Below, one piece after another: positions 47,596 to 57,541 of a stretch of 64,000 nt of DNA (positions are counted from its first letter, which is position 1; every line of letters begins with the position of its first letter). Under the pieces are notes generated by a model, which saw only the letters and a program-made list of their open reading frames with translations, was not told the origin of the DNA and ran no database searches. Source of the DNA: an uncultured Clostridia bacterium (lineage in GTDB: Bacteria > Bacillota > Clostridia > TANB77 > CAG-508); assembly GCA_944391745.1 (NCBI GenBank), contig CALXUS010000007.1:9939-73938 (forward strand). The letters are read 5' to 3'. The position numbers and the translations under genes were made by a program.

Positions 47596-48189
47596 ATGAA
47601 TATAGGTATAGATATAGACGGTACACTTACAAATATAAGTCAATTCCAGCTTGATTATGGTTCTAAGTTTTTTTCAAAATATGATAAATATATTGAAAAT
47701 CCTTCTGGTTTTGAATCTAATGAAGTTTTTAATGTTGATAACAATTTAGATGATAAATTTTGGGATGAATATTATATAAAATATTTAACAGAAGAACCTC
47801 CAAGGAAATTTGCCAGTGAAATAATTCAAAGGTTAAAAAATGAAGGAAATAAAATATACATTATAACTGCCAGACATAGTGAAAGAATAATAAGTATCGA
47901 AGAAAATAAAAAGATAACTGAAGAATGGCTTAAAAAGAATAATATTTTATTTGATAATCTTATTTTTTCACCAGAAGATAAATTAGAAATATGTTTAAAT
48001 AATCATATTGATATAATGATTGAAGACAAGCCTACTAACATTAATAGAATTTCTTCAAAAATTCCTGTTATATGTATGCACTCAGAATATAATAAAGATT
48101 GTAAAGGTCACAATATCAATGTTGCTTATTCATGGTATGATATTTACCATAAAATCAAACTTATAAGTAATTTAAAAGAGATGGAATAA
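47596..48189 (+). CDS. HAD-superfamily hydrolase, possible 5'(3')-deoxyribonucleotidase-like
   Basis: 197 aa with the N-terminal HAD motif I (GIDIDGTLT) and a downstream IITAR / IEDK pattern. Confidence 0.5.
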   Translation: MNIGIDIDGTLTNISQFQLDYGSKFFSKYDKYIENPSGFESNEVFNVDNNLDDKFWDEYYIKYLTEEPPRKFASEIIQRLKNEGNKIYIITARHSERIISIEENKKITEEWLKKNNILFDNLIFSPEDKLEICLNNHIDIMIEDKPTNINRISSKIPVICMHSEYNKDCKGHNINVAYSWYDIYHKIKLISNLKEME

Positions 48190-48209
48190 TTAAATCCATC
48201 TCTTCTAGT

Positions 48210-49304
48210 TTATTTTCCAAAATACTTTTCTATTTCCTTCATTTTATCCACTTGATCAACCTTAAAAGGGCATCTACCATTACAGTGTCCACAGCTTATA
48301 CAATCTTGAGCTGTTTTTGTTAGATTCATATAATGATCTTTAGCCAAACTATCTCCAGAAAGACTTAAATCATAATATTTATTAATTAGTCCAATATCTA
48401 ATCCCGCAGGACAAGGTTCACAATGATTACAATATACGCATTTTTCCATTGCATCTATAGGTGTAAAATTAGATATTATAGAATAATCTTTCTCTTCAGC
48501 AGAAGCACTAAAGTATTTTAATATTTCTAATAAATCTTTATTTCCTCTTATTCCTGGTAAAACTGTTAAAACTCCTGGTTTATCTAATGCATATTGAATA
48601 CATTGGATTCTAGAAAGTTTTTTACCATAAGGAGAGGTACTGTCTTCTAATAATTGACCTCCTGAAAATGGTTTCATTACAGAAATACCCACACCATCTT
48701 TTTCACATCTTTTATATAATTCCATACGTTCATCCATACTTCCATTAGCATAATCACCGCAATTATAATCATAAGCTGGATTTATACTAAACATAACCAT
48801 ATCTATTAAATTAGTATCTAATATTTTTTGAACTAAACTTGGTGTATGTGATGACAATCCTATATGTTTTACAATCCCTTTAGATTTTAGCTCCTTAATA
48901 TAATCTAAAACACCATTAGAAACATAACTATCCCAATCGCTTTCTTCATCTAAGCAATGGATAAATCCATAATTTATATAATCTGTCTGTAATTCATTTA
49001 ATTGCCACTGTACGGATTTTTTTACTTTATCCAAATTAGTTGTCCAACCATAGTTTCCAGTTTCATAATTAGCTCCAAAATGCACTTGATAAATTACTTG
49101 ATTTCTAACCTCTTTAAAAGCTTTTCCATAAAACTTAAATCCCTTAGAATCACTAGTTGCCAAATCAAAATAATTAATGCCATTTTCAAAAGCCATTTTC
49201 AAAGTTTCTATTGCTTCTTGTTCGCTTGATTCAGAAATAGAACTAGCGCCAAGACCAATAACACTAATTTTGTCCTTAGTTCTTCTATTTTCTCTATATT
49301 CCAT
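48210..49304 (-). CDS. Aldo/keto reductase with C-terminal 4Fe-4S cluster domain
   Basis: Start moved to ATG 49304 (MEYRENRR, AAAGGA RBS), because the ORF-track extension overlaps a terminator hairpin. It has an AKR core (GINYFDLA...) and two Cys clusters (CVYCNHCEPC, CISCGHCNGRCP). Confidence 0.8.
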   Translation of the reverse strand: MEYRENRRTKDKISVIGLGASSISESSEQEAIETLKMAFENGINYFDLATSDSKGFKFYGKAFKEVRNQVIYQVHFGANYETGNYGWTTNLDKVKKSVQWQLNELQTDYINYGFIHCLDEESDWDSYVSNGVLDYIKELKSKGIVKHIGLSSHTPSLVQKILDTNLIDMVMFSINPAYDYNCGDYANGSMDERMELYKRCEKDGVGISVMKPFSGGQLLEDSTSPYGKKLSRIQCIQYALDKPGVLTVLPGIRGNKDLLEILKYFSASAEEKDYSIISNFTPIDAMEKCVYCNHCEPCPAGLDIGLINKYYDLSLSGDSLAKDHYMNLTKTAQDCISCGHCNGRCPFKVDQVDKMKEIEKYFGK

Positions 49305-49351
49305 AATTCTTTTCCTTTCTAAATTTTTTATAATTATACTATAATTTTTAT

Positions 49352-49395
49352 AAAAAGACCACAAAAGGCCAGGCAAACGCCCAGCCCTTTGTGGT
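49352..49395 (-). terminator. Intrinsic terminator of cassette C
   Basis: The minus strand reads ACCACAAAGGG...CCTTTTGTGGT followed by CTTTTTA. The stem is GC-rich in an AT-rich context. Confidence 0.68.
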
Positions 49396-49412
49396 ATATA
49401 CTTATTAGTTAG

Positions 49413-49955
49413 TTAAATCTTGAGTGAGAGAATCTGCTTAGATAATTTATCAGCAAAATCATCAGCTTCTTCCCAAGACTTTAATCCATCAATTGGCATC
49501 TCATTAATGAGGTCACCATATCCATCAGGAATCTTGATTCCCAACCATGCCAGTCTGGAAAGATAATAATTGAATTGTTTCTTTGAATTATCGTATAAAT
49601 ATTGCATATCATGCAGATACTCAGAAGAATAAGCAGATTTATCTTCCGCCAGATTATAATCCACATACCCCATTACTGCAAAATTAAATGCAAAAGCATT
49701 TGCTCTTAGTTTATCAATAGCATCATACTTCCTATACTCTTCTTCCATTTGGTCTATCTCTTTCGTGACAAATTCTTCTCTTCTAGCAATTTCTGCATCT
49801 CTTTCCTCTTTGTTCGGAAATTTGATATACAGTTTAATGACTTCAACTATTGATAAAATGTACTCTACCGGAATAATCGCAAACAAAAAAAGTGTGTTTA
49901 GAACTCTTTTCCGATACTTTTTCGAAGTAAAAAACATCTTAATTTTTTGTAACAT
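49413..49955 (-). CDS. Orphan membrane-anchored protein (cassette C, gene 2)
   Basis: 180 aa with a GGAGG RBS and one N-terminal TM helix (VLNTLFLFAIIPVEYILSIV). A hand-counted 100-nt sample gives 34% G+C. No family recognised. Confidence 0.55.
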   Translation of the reverse strand: MLQKIKMFFTSKKYRKRVLNTLFLFAIIPVEYILSIVEVIKLYIKFPNKEERDAEIARREEFVTKEIDQMEEEYRKYDAIDKLRANAFAFNFAVMGYVDYNLAEDKSAYSSEYLHDMQYLYDNSKKQFNYYLSRLAWLGIKIPDGYGDLINEMPIDGLKSWEEADDFADKLSKQILSLKI

Positions 49956-49970
49956 AAGTTCGTCCTCCAG

Positions 49971-50258
49971 TTATTCATGTTTTTTTTCGACAATTCCTCT
50001 CCAGTTCTTTCTAAATTCGTCTGCCTCCTCTTCAGATTTGAAAGCCAATACTATAGGGTTATCAAAAACAGTTCTCATTACGCCTTGATACTCCAAGGCT
50101 CTAGCATAAACCTCCAATTCCCGCATAAGATCTCTTGTCAAGACCTTATCATCAGTTGTTACTACGATTTTGACGACAATTCCCTTAAATGGTTCTACCA
50201 TTTTCATAGGAATAACAGGTTTTTCTTTAAGTTCACTACTGTTTTTTGCCCTTGCCAT
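49971..50258 (-). CDS. Orphan small soluble protein (cassette C, gene 1)
   Basis: 95 aa with an AGGAGG RBS. The sequence alternates hydrophobic beta-like and helical stretches. G+C is visibly higher than the flanks. No family recognised. Confidence 0.55.
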   Translation of the reverse strand: MARAKNSSELKEKPVIPMKMVEPFKGIVVKIVVTTDDKVLTRDLMRELEVYARALEYQGVMRTVFDNPIVLAFKSEEEADEFRKNWRGIVEKKHE

Positions 50259-50320
50259 GATGCTTATCCTCCTAATAAGATTAATACCATTCTACATCCA
50301 TCAACGGCTTAAACATAATT

Positions 50321-50349
50321 ATTATACCATAAATTCCTATTTATTTCAA
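50321..50349 (-). promoter_or_regulatory. Near-consensus sigma-A promoter of cassette C
   Basis: The minus strand reads TTGAAA (50344-50349), 17-nt spacer, then TG-extended TATAAT (50321-50326). Confidence 0.55.
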
Positions 50350-50381
50350 TCTAATTAGCCAAATTAACATAATTTTCTAAA

Positions 50382-50425
50382 AAATAGACCTTAATTTCAG
50401 AAAATTCTAAAATTAAAGTCTATTT
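50382..50425 (-). terminator. Intrinsic terminator after the ~600-aa orphan gene
   Basis: 16-bp stem 50382-50397 / 50410-50425. The single mismatch becomes a G-U pair only on the minus-strand RNA. A U6 tail follows on the minus strand. Confidence 0.72.
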
Positions 50426-50451
50426 TTAGAGGTAAGATAATAATAACTTTA

Positions 50452-52255
50452 TTATAAACTCAATGAATCATCTTTTTTACTATCTAAGCGCAAATTTGTT
50501 GATTTTTCTTCTTGTTTTGCTTTTTGTAATGCTAAAACTTTGTCATATTCTTCTTTTGATTGTTCCTTTATTTTTTCAATATTTCCATGCATTACACTAT
50601 ATGTATCAAGTTCTTCGGCATATTTTCCATTGCCACTAGCATATTCCATCATTTGAGCTACTCTTAAATTTCCGTTTTTATCTCTATAAGCAGAGTATTG
50701 TATGCCATCTTTTGATTTGAATGTTTCTAGAGCTTGTTTTTTATCTAATACATTTAAACTTGTTCGTTTATCATATCCTGTTTTCATACCAGTAGGAAAA
50801 TAAATTTCTTTTTTGGCCAACATATCTTTATTCATACCTGGATATGTTTCGCATTTTCCATCTTCCCCAATACATACCATTTCGTATGATTCAACACCAT
50901 TTTCTACACAAGCAACTACATAAGCATTTTTAGTTTGTGGATTTCTTCTTTGATCATAAGTAACAACTGGTATATCTTTTACTTGTGTTATATCTGCAAT
51001 TTGTTTTTCTTTTCCTAAGTATTCTTGGATTGATTTAGTTATAAGTGCTTGTTCTATATCTTTACGAGATGTTTTTATACTTTTTCCTGTATATTCACTT
51101 GAGTCAAATTGTATTACTTTTCCATTCTCTTTTGCCTTTGCAAGTTCTTCTGTACCATTTATTAGACTCATATCATTTGACCTATCTTGTCCATCTATAC
51201 TTATAGTTGTTTCCATTTTTCCTGTTTTTTGATTTATTTTTCCACTACCTATACGAACCATCTCTCCGTTCTTATCTTTTGTATAGTATTCATATATTGG
51301 AGCCCATTTTCCTTGTATAGCATAAGATGTTGGACTAAATTCAGATTTTACTACAAATACTTCTCCAAAATTATGTCCTCTTGCTGTAAAATCTTGCACT
51401 TGTTCTACTTCTAATAAATTCTTTTTCCAAGCTCTATTATCTGATGCACCACTTATTGTTCTTGTATTATCAAAAGAATAGTCATTTGCTCTAAATGATG
51501 CTTGAGAATAAGGAACATAGTAATCTTGTCCACTATAGCTTTCAAATTCTTTCATTGCAACTAATCTTGCTACATCTTCTTTTCCTTCGCCTAATGTTGA
51601 CATATATTCTTCGGTTAATTGTGCTATTACTCTATTTGCAACATCTGTATTTACTCCATACGTTCCAAAAAATCTTCCATCTTTGCGAGCTTCTTTTGCA
51701 TATCTATCAAATACCTTAGCCATTTCTCCATTATTAACTTCAACTCTTGACTCATCTACTGCTTTATCTAAATCTTGAGACTCAAGTTGTTCCATTTTCT
51801 TTCCAGTTGCATTAGTTCTTCTAATTTCAATTTCACATAGTTTTTTAGCCTGTTCTATCTTTTTAGGTAACGTCTCTGGCAATGCTGGCTTTCTAGTTAA
51901 GATTTCTTTTACTTTTGCAAAAAAACTTTTATGCTGAAGTGCATCCGTAAATTCATTAAAAATTTCTCTTTGAAATCCGTTTTTTAAGTCCGATTCCATC
52001 AAAATATTTAGCCATTGACACTCCATGAGATTCCATTTCACCTATCATTGTATCTACTACAACTTCTTTATATGGATGTATTTTTGCCATATATATTAAC
52101 TCTGATGGATTTAATTGGTCCATAAGAACTGCAAATTTTCCGCTATTGGCTAAACTAGTTAATATATTTTTCTTTAAAGATGTTTTTGCTTCTCTATATA
52201 CTTTAACTAATTCTTCTTTAGACATTTTTTCTAATTCTTCTGTTTTATATTTCAT
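50452..52255 (-). pseudogene. ~600-aa orphan protein split by a +1 frameshift in an A6 run
   Basis: ORFs 51956..52306 and 50452..52041 overlap by 86 nt in different frames. Deleting one A of CTTAAAAAACGG (T-run 51980-51985 on plus) joins ...YFDGIGLK to NGFQREIFNEF.... The likely start is ATG 52255, behind AGGAGG. There are no TM helices and no recognised motifs. Confidence 0.6.
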
Positions 52256-52451
52256 TACAAATCTCCTCCTTAAATATATAATTATTATAACATATACTTT
52301 AAGCAAATTTATTATTTCTTATCAAAGTAATAAAAAAATAATATTTCTGTAAAGTTTTTGTAATATTTACATTTTCAAAAGTTGTAAAAGAAATATTTAA
52401 TCTATTTTATTCAAGGACAACTTGCAAAATCCACACAAGATGAGTTAAAAC

Positions 52452-52486
52452 AAAAAAATCAACCAGATTTTATTTTCTGATTGATT
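52452..52486 (-). terminator. Terminator downstream of tRNA-Thr
   Basis: Stem AATCAACCAGA / TCTGATTGATT (one mismatch), followed on the minus strand by a U7 run (A-run 52452-52458). Confidence 0.6.
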
Positions 52487-52527
52487 TTGCATCAATTCTA
52501 TTCTATTAGTTCGAACAGAAACGTCAT

Positions 52528-52603
52528 TGGAGCCTACAACGGGAATTGAACCCGTGACCTCAGCCTTACCAAGGCTGCACTCTACCTACTGAGCTATATA
52601 GGC
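52528..52603 (-). tRNA. tRNA-Thr (anticodon GGU), CCA encoded
   Basis: The reverse complement folds by hand into a cloverleaf. The acceptor stem is GCCTATA/TGTAGGC, the anticodon stem CAGCC/GGCTG with loop TTGGTAA, and the T-arm ACGGG-TTCAATT-CCCGT. It is 76 nt long and ends in CCA. Confidence 0.9.
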
Positions 52604-52715
52604 ATAACATATCCTAAACTGAATTATATACAGCTTAGGATAATTTATATAACATAATAATTTAAGAGAAAGTAAGATGACTATATCATAATTTTCTAAC
52701 TTAATCAATACATAT

Positions 52716-53372
52716 TTAAGAAATCATTTCATTTCCCAAATTTTTAATAGTTTTTTTTCTAATTCTTTGAATTGCATTATCAATAGACTTTACTGGTGAA
52801 TTAAGTTCTTCTGCAATTTGTAAATAAGAATGCCCATCTATAAATTTTGCTAAAACTTGCTTTTCAAAATCACTTAATGACTCTTCTATTGTTTTTTCAA
52901 TAGTTTTATAGTATTCATTTTTAGTAACAGTATCCAAAGGATCTTCAACAGGATTAGCATCTAAAACCTCTATAAGTTGTCCCTCTTCCTCACCATCTTC
53001 ATTTTCATAATTAGATGAATTTAAAGATAAATACGAATTAAGTGGTATATGCTTTTGTCTATTTGACCCTTTTATAGCTGTAATAACTTGCCTTTCAACG
53101 CAAAGATTAGCAAAAGTTTTAAATGAATTCTGTTTATTTGGGTCAAAATCTCTAATAGCCTTATAAAGACCAATTAGCCCCTCTTGAACTATATCTTCTT
53201 TTTCAGCTCCATTTATATAATATTTACTTACCTTCATATTTACAACATCTTTGTATTTATTAATTAAAAAATCCAAAGCATCTTTATTGTCAGCTTTTGC
53301 TCTTTTAACAATTTCTTCATCTGTCATGTTGTCAAATATTTCTTTTGAAAAGAAAACGTTGTTGTTTGCCAT
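52716..53372 (-). CDS. sigH: Sporulation-initiation sigma factor SigH
   Basis: 218 aa with the blocks EDIVQEGLIGLYKAIRDFD and VITAIKGSNRQKHIPLNSYLSLN, characteristic of sigma-H. Confidence 0.87.
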   Translation of the reverse strand: MANNNVFFSKEIFDNMTDEEIVKRAKADNKDALDFLINKYKDVVNMKVSKYYINGAEKEDIVQEGLIGLYKAIRDFDPNKQNSFKTFANLCVERQVITAIKGSNRQKHIPLNSYLSLNSSNYENEDGEEEGQLIEVLDANPVEDPLDTVTKNEYYKTIEKTIEESLSDFEKQVLAKFIDGHSYLQIAEELNSPVKSIDNAIQRIRKKTIKNLGNEMIS

Positions 53373-53570
53373 TATAAATGTATACCTCCAGTGTTTTACC
53401 TCTGTATTATATTTATAAAAAGGCTTAATGTCAATATTTTTGTGAATACTTTTGAAAAATTCACAATTTTATCAAGTTTTATTGAGTTTTTTGACCTTTT
53501 ATGCTATTATTCAGTAGTGTAAATTATATGCAAAATTTTCACTAAATTAAATGTAGGAAGGAAAATTTTT

Positions 53571-55271
53571 ATGGCTTATGATGGAATAGTATTAAAAAAA
53601 GTTGTAGATGAATTACAAAAATTGCAAAATGGAAAAGTAAATAGAATTTATGAGCCAAATAAAAATGAACTATTAATTAGTGTATATGCTAATGGTAATC
53701 TTTATGCTCTAAATATAGATATTAGTGCAGATAATTATAGAATCAATTTAACAACTAACGAAAAATCAAATCCTTTTGTTGCTCCTAATTTCTGTATGCT
53801 ACTAAGAAAATATTTAATTAATTCTAGAATAAATAGAATATATACTAATGGTTTAGAAAGAATTTGCTTTATCGAATTTGAATGTTTTAATGAAATGAAT
53901 GATAAAATTTATAGAACATTAACTATTGAATTAATGGGTAAATACAGCAATGTAATCCTAGTTAATTCTGACGGTATAATAGTTGATGCTTTAAAAAGAT
54001 TTGATAATGAATCTGAAAATAATACTTCTAGAAGTATTATGCCAGGAAGAAAATATGTTTTTCCTAAATCAACCAAAAACGATTTTCTAAGTATTAATGA
54101 AAAAGAATTTATTAACCTATGCTTACAATCAGACAAACATACTTTAGATAGCGTATTACCAACTCTTTTTACTGGAATAAGTAAATTGTTTATTCAAGCT
54201 ACTATAGAAGAGTTAAAATTGTCTAATACCGTATCAGAAAATAGTTTAAAAGAAATATATGAATATATCAATAATATCATTAAAAGTGATTCTGCAATTT
54301 GTAAATCATTTAAAAATAATTATACTATTTATAACGATAAAAAAGACGAAAATTTTCAAATAAATTATTTCTTAGATGACTTTTATTATCAAAAATCACA
54401 AGATGATTTATTTAAAAATTACAGAAATAATTTACTAAAAATAATAAACGGAACTTTGGACAAACTTACTAGAAAATTAGATAATATTAATAACAAAATA
54501 TTATCATGTCAAAACATGGAAAAATATAAAATTTATGGTGAACTATTAATAGCTAACATATATAGAATAGATACTTTAAAATTATCTCAAAATTTTGTAG
54601 AGTTAGAAAATTATTATGATAATAACACTATTATCATAATTCCAATAAACAACGAATTATCTACTTCACAAAATGCTGAAAACTATTTCAAGAAATATAA
54701 TAAACAGAAAAATACTTTAGAAATCGTAAATGCACAAAAAAAAGATGCTGAAAAAGAATTAGATTATTTAGGAAGTTTAATTTATGAATTAGATAATGCC
54801 CATGACATAGATTCTATAAATGAAATCTATACAGAAATTTCTGAAAACATTTTATTTAATGATTCTTCTAAATCACAAAATAAAACAACAAAGAAAGAAA
54901 CATCTAGTATAGATAATTATATGAGAATGAATATTGATGGTTACACAGTATTAATAGGAAAAAACAATAGACAAAATGATTATTTGACAATGAAAGTTGC
55001 AAATGATAATGACTACTGGTTCCATGCTAAAGAAATTCACGGAAGTCATGTTATTTTACGTTCTGGTGGAGATATGCCTAAAATGGAAACTATAATTAAA
55101 TGCGCTAAAATAGCCGCATATTATAGTAAAGCTAAGTTTTCATCAAATGTACCTGTTGATTACACTTTAGTTAAATATGTCAAAAAGCCAAATGGTGCAG
55201 TTCCCGGATATGTAATATATACTAATCAAAAAACTGTAAATGTAGAACCAAGTTCTGGTTTAAATTTTTAA
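53571..55271 (+). CDS. rqcH: Ribosome quality-control factor RqcH (NFACT/FbpA family)
   Basis: 566 aa with the N-terminal block MAYDGIVLKKVVDEL, a central coiled coil and a C-terminal NFACT-R block (WFHAKEIHGSHVIL). Confidence 0.85.
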   Translation: MAYDGIVLKKVVDELQKLQNGKVNRIYEPNKNELLISVYANGNLYALNIDISADNYRINLTTNEKSNPFVAPNFCMLLRKYLINSRINRIYTNGLERICFIEFECFNEMNDKIYRTLTIELMGKYSNVILVNSDGIIVDALKRFDNESENNTSRSIMPGRKYVFPKSTKNDFLSINEKEFINLCLQSDKHTLDSVLPTLFTGISKLFIQATIEELKLSNTVSENSLKEIYEYINNIIKSDSAICKSFKNNYTIYNDKKDENFQINYFLDDFYYQKSQDDLFKNYRNNLLKIINGTLDKLTRKLDNINNKILSCQNMEKYKIYGELLIANIYRIDTLKLSQNFVELENYYDNNTIIIIPINNELSTSQNAENYFKKYNKQKNTLEIVNAQKKDAEKELDYLGSLIYELDNAHDIDSINEIYTEISENILFNDSSKSQNKTTKKETSSIDNYMRMNIDGYTVLIGKNNRQNDYLTMKVANDNDYWFHAKEIHGSHVILRSGGDMPKMETIIKCAKIAAYYSKAKFSSNVPVDYTLVKYVKKPNGAVPGYVIYTNQKTVNVEPSSGLNF

Positions 55272-55339
55272 TAATTTTATGTTAAAAGCGGTTCTTTTTG
55301 TAAAATAATATACGAAAAGAACCGCTTCAAACGTAAAAT

Positions 55340-55741
55340 TTATTCTTCTGGTGGATGTAAAAAATTATTTATTTCTTCATCTTTTCTAAGTTCATCAGTT
55401 AAATACATTTCTGCTTTTTTATTTTGCTTAATCGCAGCCATTCCAACCTCTTTATCTCCTCTTAATCTTTTACTTGCATATTTTAATATTAGTCCCTTAT
55501 TTGTAACTGCTGCTAAAACTACATCCTTATCATCTCTCAATTCTTTACTTGCATAGTATAGTAATTGTCCATCTTGAGTAACTGCTTTTAATACCAAATC
55601 TTTATCTTCAAATAATCTACTAGACGCATAAGCTAATACCCAACTTGCCTTATCTTTTAATGCCTGTAACATAAATTCTTTATTGTCTGAATTTTCCTCT
55701 GCATCTTCTATCCTGTATTCTTTCTCTTCTTCCTCATCCAT
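55340..55741 (-). CDS. DUF4116 repeat protein
   Basis: 133 aa with three degenerate repeats of the (V/A)L.AV..(D/N)G..L.YAS..L..DK(D/E)V type. Confidence 0.6.
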   Translation of the reverse strand: MDEEEEKEYRIEDAEENSDNKEFMLQALKDKASWVLAYASSRLFEDKDLVLKAVTQDGQLLYYASKELRDDKDVVLAAVTNKGLILKYASKRLRGDKEVGMAAIKQNKKAEMYLTDELRKDEEINNFLHPPEE

Positions 55742-55798
55742 TTGTTTGCCTTCTTTCTTCTAAATTTTAAATTTAGAAAGTTTATTTAAAGTTAAATA

Positions 55799-57235
55799 TT
55801 AATATTGTCTTCCCCAAATTACCATTTTATCAGCTTTTTTACCACAACAAACACAAGTATCTCCTACTTTTTCTTGTTCAAAAGGTATACATCTAGACTT
55901 TGCTGCTGTAAGTTCTTTAATCTTGGCTTCACATTCACTACTTCCACACCACATTGCTTTAATAAATCCTTGCTCCTTATCCATATTAGCTTTAAATTCA
56001 TCTAAATTATGTGCAATAGTTGTTTTAGCATTCATTCTCTTTTTGCATGTTTCAAACATATTATTGTGTATTTCTACTAATAGATTATCTATTTCTTTAT
56101 CTACTTCATCTAATTTTACAGTTATCTTTTCTTGAGTATCTCTTCTAACTAATACACATACACCATTTTCAATATCTCTTGGTCCTATTTCTATCCTAAT
56201 AGGCACACCTTTCATTTCCCAATCATTAAATTTAAAACCAGGTGAAACATTATCTCTTAAGTCTATCTCCATTCTAAATTTATCTTTTAAAGAATTATAT
56301 AATTCTTCTGCCTTTTCTTTAACACCTTCTTTGTGCATAGCAACAGGAACAATAACAACTTGAATAGGAGCAACTTTTGGTGGTAATTTTAAGCCTCTAT
56401 TATCACCATGAGCCATAATTATAGCTCCAATTAGTCTAGTAGATATTCCCCAAGAAGTTTGATAAGCATATTCTTGTTTTCCTTCTCTGTTTTGAAATTT
56501 TACATCAAATGGTTTTGTAAAGTTTTGTCCAAAATAATGTGAAGTGCCTGATTGTAAAGCCTTTCCATCATAAGTCATTGCCTCAATTGTATAAGTTTCT
56601 ACTGCGCCTGCAAATCTTTCTGTTTCTGTTTTTATCCCTTTTATAACAGGTATAGCTAAAAAGTTTTCTACAATATCAGAATAAATATCTAACATCTTTA
56701 AAGTTCTTTCTTTAGCTTCTTTTTCTGTCTCATGAATTGTATGACCTTCTTGCCACAAAAACTCTCTTGAACGTAAAAATGGTCTTGTTTCTTTTTCCCA
56801 TCTTAAAACACTACACCATTGATTATAAACAAAAGGTAAATCTCTCCATGATTTTAACCATTTAGAATACATAGTAGTAAATATAGTTTCAGATGTAGGT
56901 CTAATACAAAGCTTTTCTTCTAACTTTTCTCCACCAGCTTCTGTAACCCATGCTACTTCTGGTGCGAATCCTTCTACATGGTCCTTTTCTTTTTGCAATA
57001 AACTTTCAGGAATCAACACTGGAAAATATGTATTCTTTACACCAGATTCTTTAAATAACTTATCTGCATAATTTTGAATATTTTCCCATATAGCATAACC
57101 ATAAGGTCTTATAGCAATACATCCCTTAGTTTCAGTATAATCGGCAAGTTCAGCCTTTCTGACTATATCAGTATACCATTGAGCAAAATTTTCATCTATA
57201 TTAGTAATCTCTTTAACAAAATCTTCTTTATTCAT
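55799..57235 (-). CDS. proS: Proline--tRNA ligase (archaeal/eukaryote-like short type)
   Basis: 478 aa with class II motifs ([23 protein letters not shown]) and a C-terminal zinc-binding Cys cluster. Confidence 0.95.
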   Translation of the reverse strand: MNKEDFVKEITNIDENFAQWYTDIVRKAELADYTETKGCIAIRPYGYAIWENIQNYADKLFKESGVKNTYFPVLIPESLLQKEKDHVEGFAPEVAWVTEAGGEKLEEKLCIRPTSETIFTTMYSKWLKSWRDLPFVYNQWCSVLRWEKETRPFLRSREFLWQEGHTIHETEKEAKERTLKMLDIYSDIVENFLAIPVIKGIKTETERFAGAVETYTIEAMTYDGKALQSGTSHYFGQNFTKPFDVKFQNREGKQEYAYQTSWGISTRLIGAIIMAHGDNRGLKLPPKVAPIQVVIVPVAMHKEGVKEKAEELYNSLKDKFRMEIDLRDNVSPGFKFNDWEMKGVPIRIEIGPRDIENGVCVLVRRDTQEKITVKLDEVDKEIDNLLVEIHNNMFETCKKRMNAKTTIAHNLDEFKANMDKEQGFIKAMWCGSSECEAKIKELTAAKSRCIPFEQEKVGDTCVCCGKKADKMVIWGRQY

Positions 57236-57254
57236 AAAATCATCCTTTCAACAA

Positions 57255-57494
57255 CTATTTATCTTGTTTATATTCAATATCTTCCATATATGGAAACATC
57301 TGCTTTATAGCTTTCGTAGTTATCATAGCTTTAACCGGGACTGGATTTTTGCTCATAAGCTCTACTAATTCTTGCATATAACAATTATCCCTAACTTTAT
57401 AAACCATATATCTATTTCTTACATAATTAAATAATATTTTATATCCATCATCTAAATCTTCAGAAAAACGTTTAAAAGTATATTTTCCATCCAT
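57255..57494 (-). CDS. Hypothetical small protein
   Basis: 79-aa ORF between ligA and proS, same strand, 19 nt upstream of proS. No family recognised. Confidence 0.4.
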   Translation of the reverse strand: MDGKYTFKRFSEDLDDGYKILFNYVRNRYMVYKVRDNCYMQELVELMSKNPVPVKAMITTKAIKQMFPYMEDIEYKQDK

Positions 57495-57541
57495 ATTTTT
57501 AGTTTTAGTATAAACTACTAATCTCCTTTCACAATTATTTG

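Noticed and set aside
49305-49376. N-terminal 24-codon extension of the aldo/keto reductase ORF
   Set aside because: The extension overlaps the terminator hairpin of cassette C and lacks an RBS. The internal ATG 49304 has an RBS and begins the conserved AKR sequence.
51956-52041. Programmed ribosomal frameshift in the 600-aa orphan
   Set aside because: There is no recognisable slippery heptamer plus downstream stimulatory structure. A simple A6 length change (sequencing error or mutation) is the more economical explanation, and it stays untested.
49352-52603. Calling the tRNA-Thr-adjacent region a tRNA-integrated genomic island
   Set aside because: I found no integrase and no direct repeat of the tRNA 3' half by eye. 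The region also splits into two independently terminated transcription units with different composition. I report it only as a suggestive context.
57236-57254. T-box or other leader upstream of proS
   Set aside because: Only 19 nt separate proS from the preceding ORF, and there is no room for a ~200-nt T-box leader anywhere between ligA and proS.
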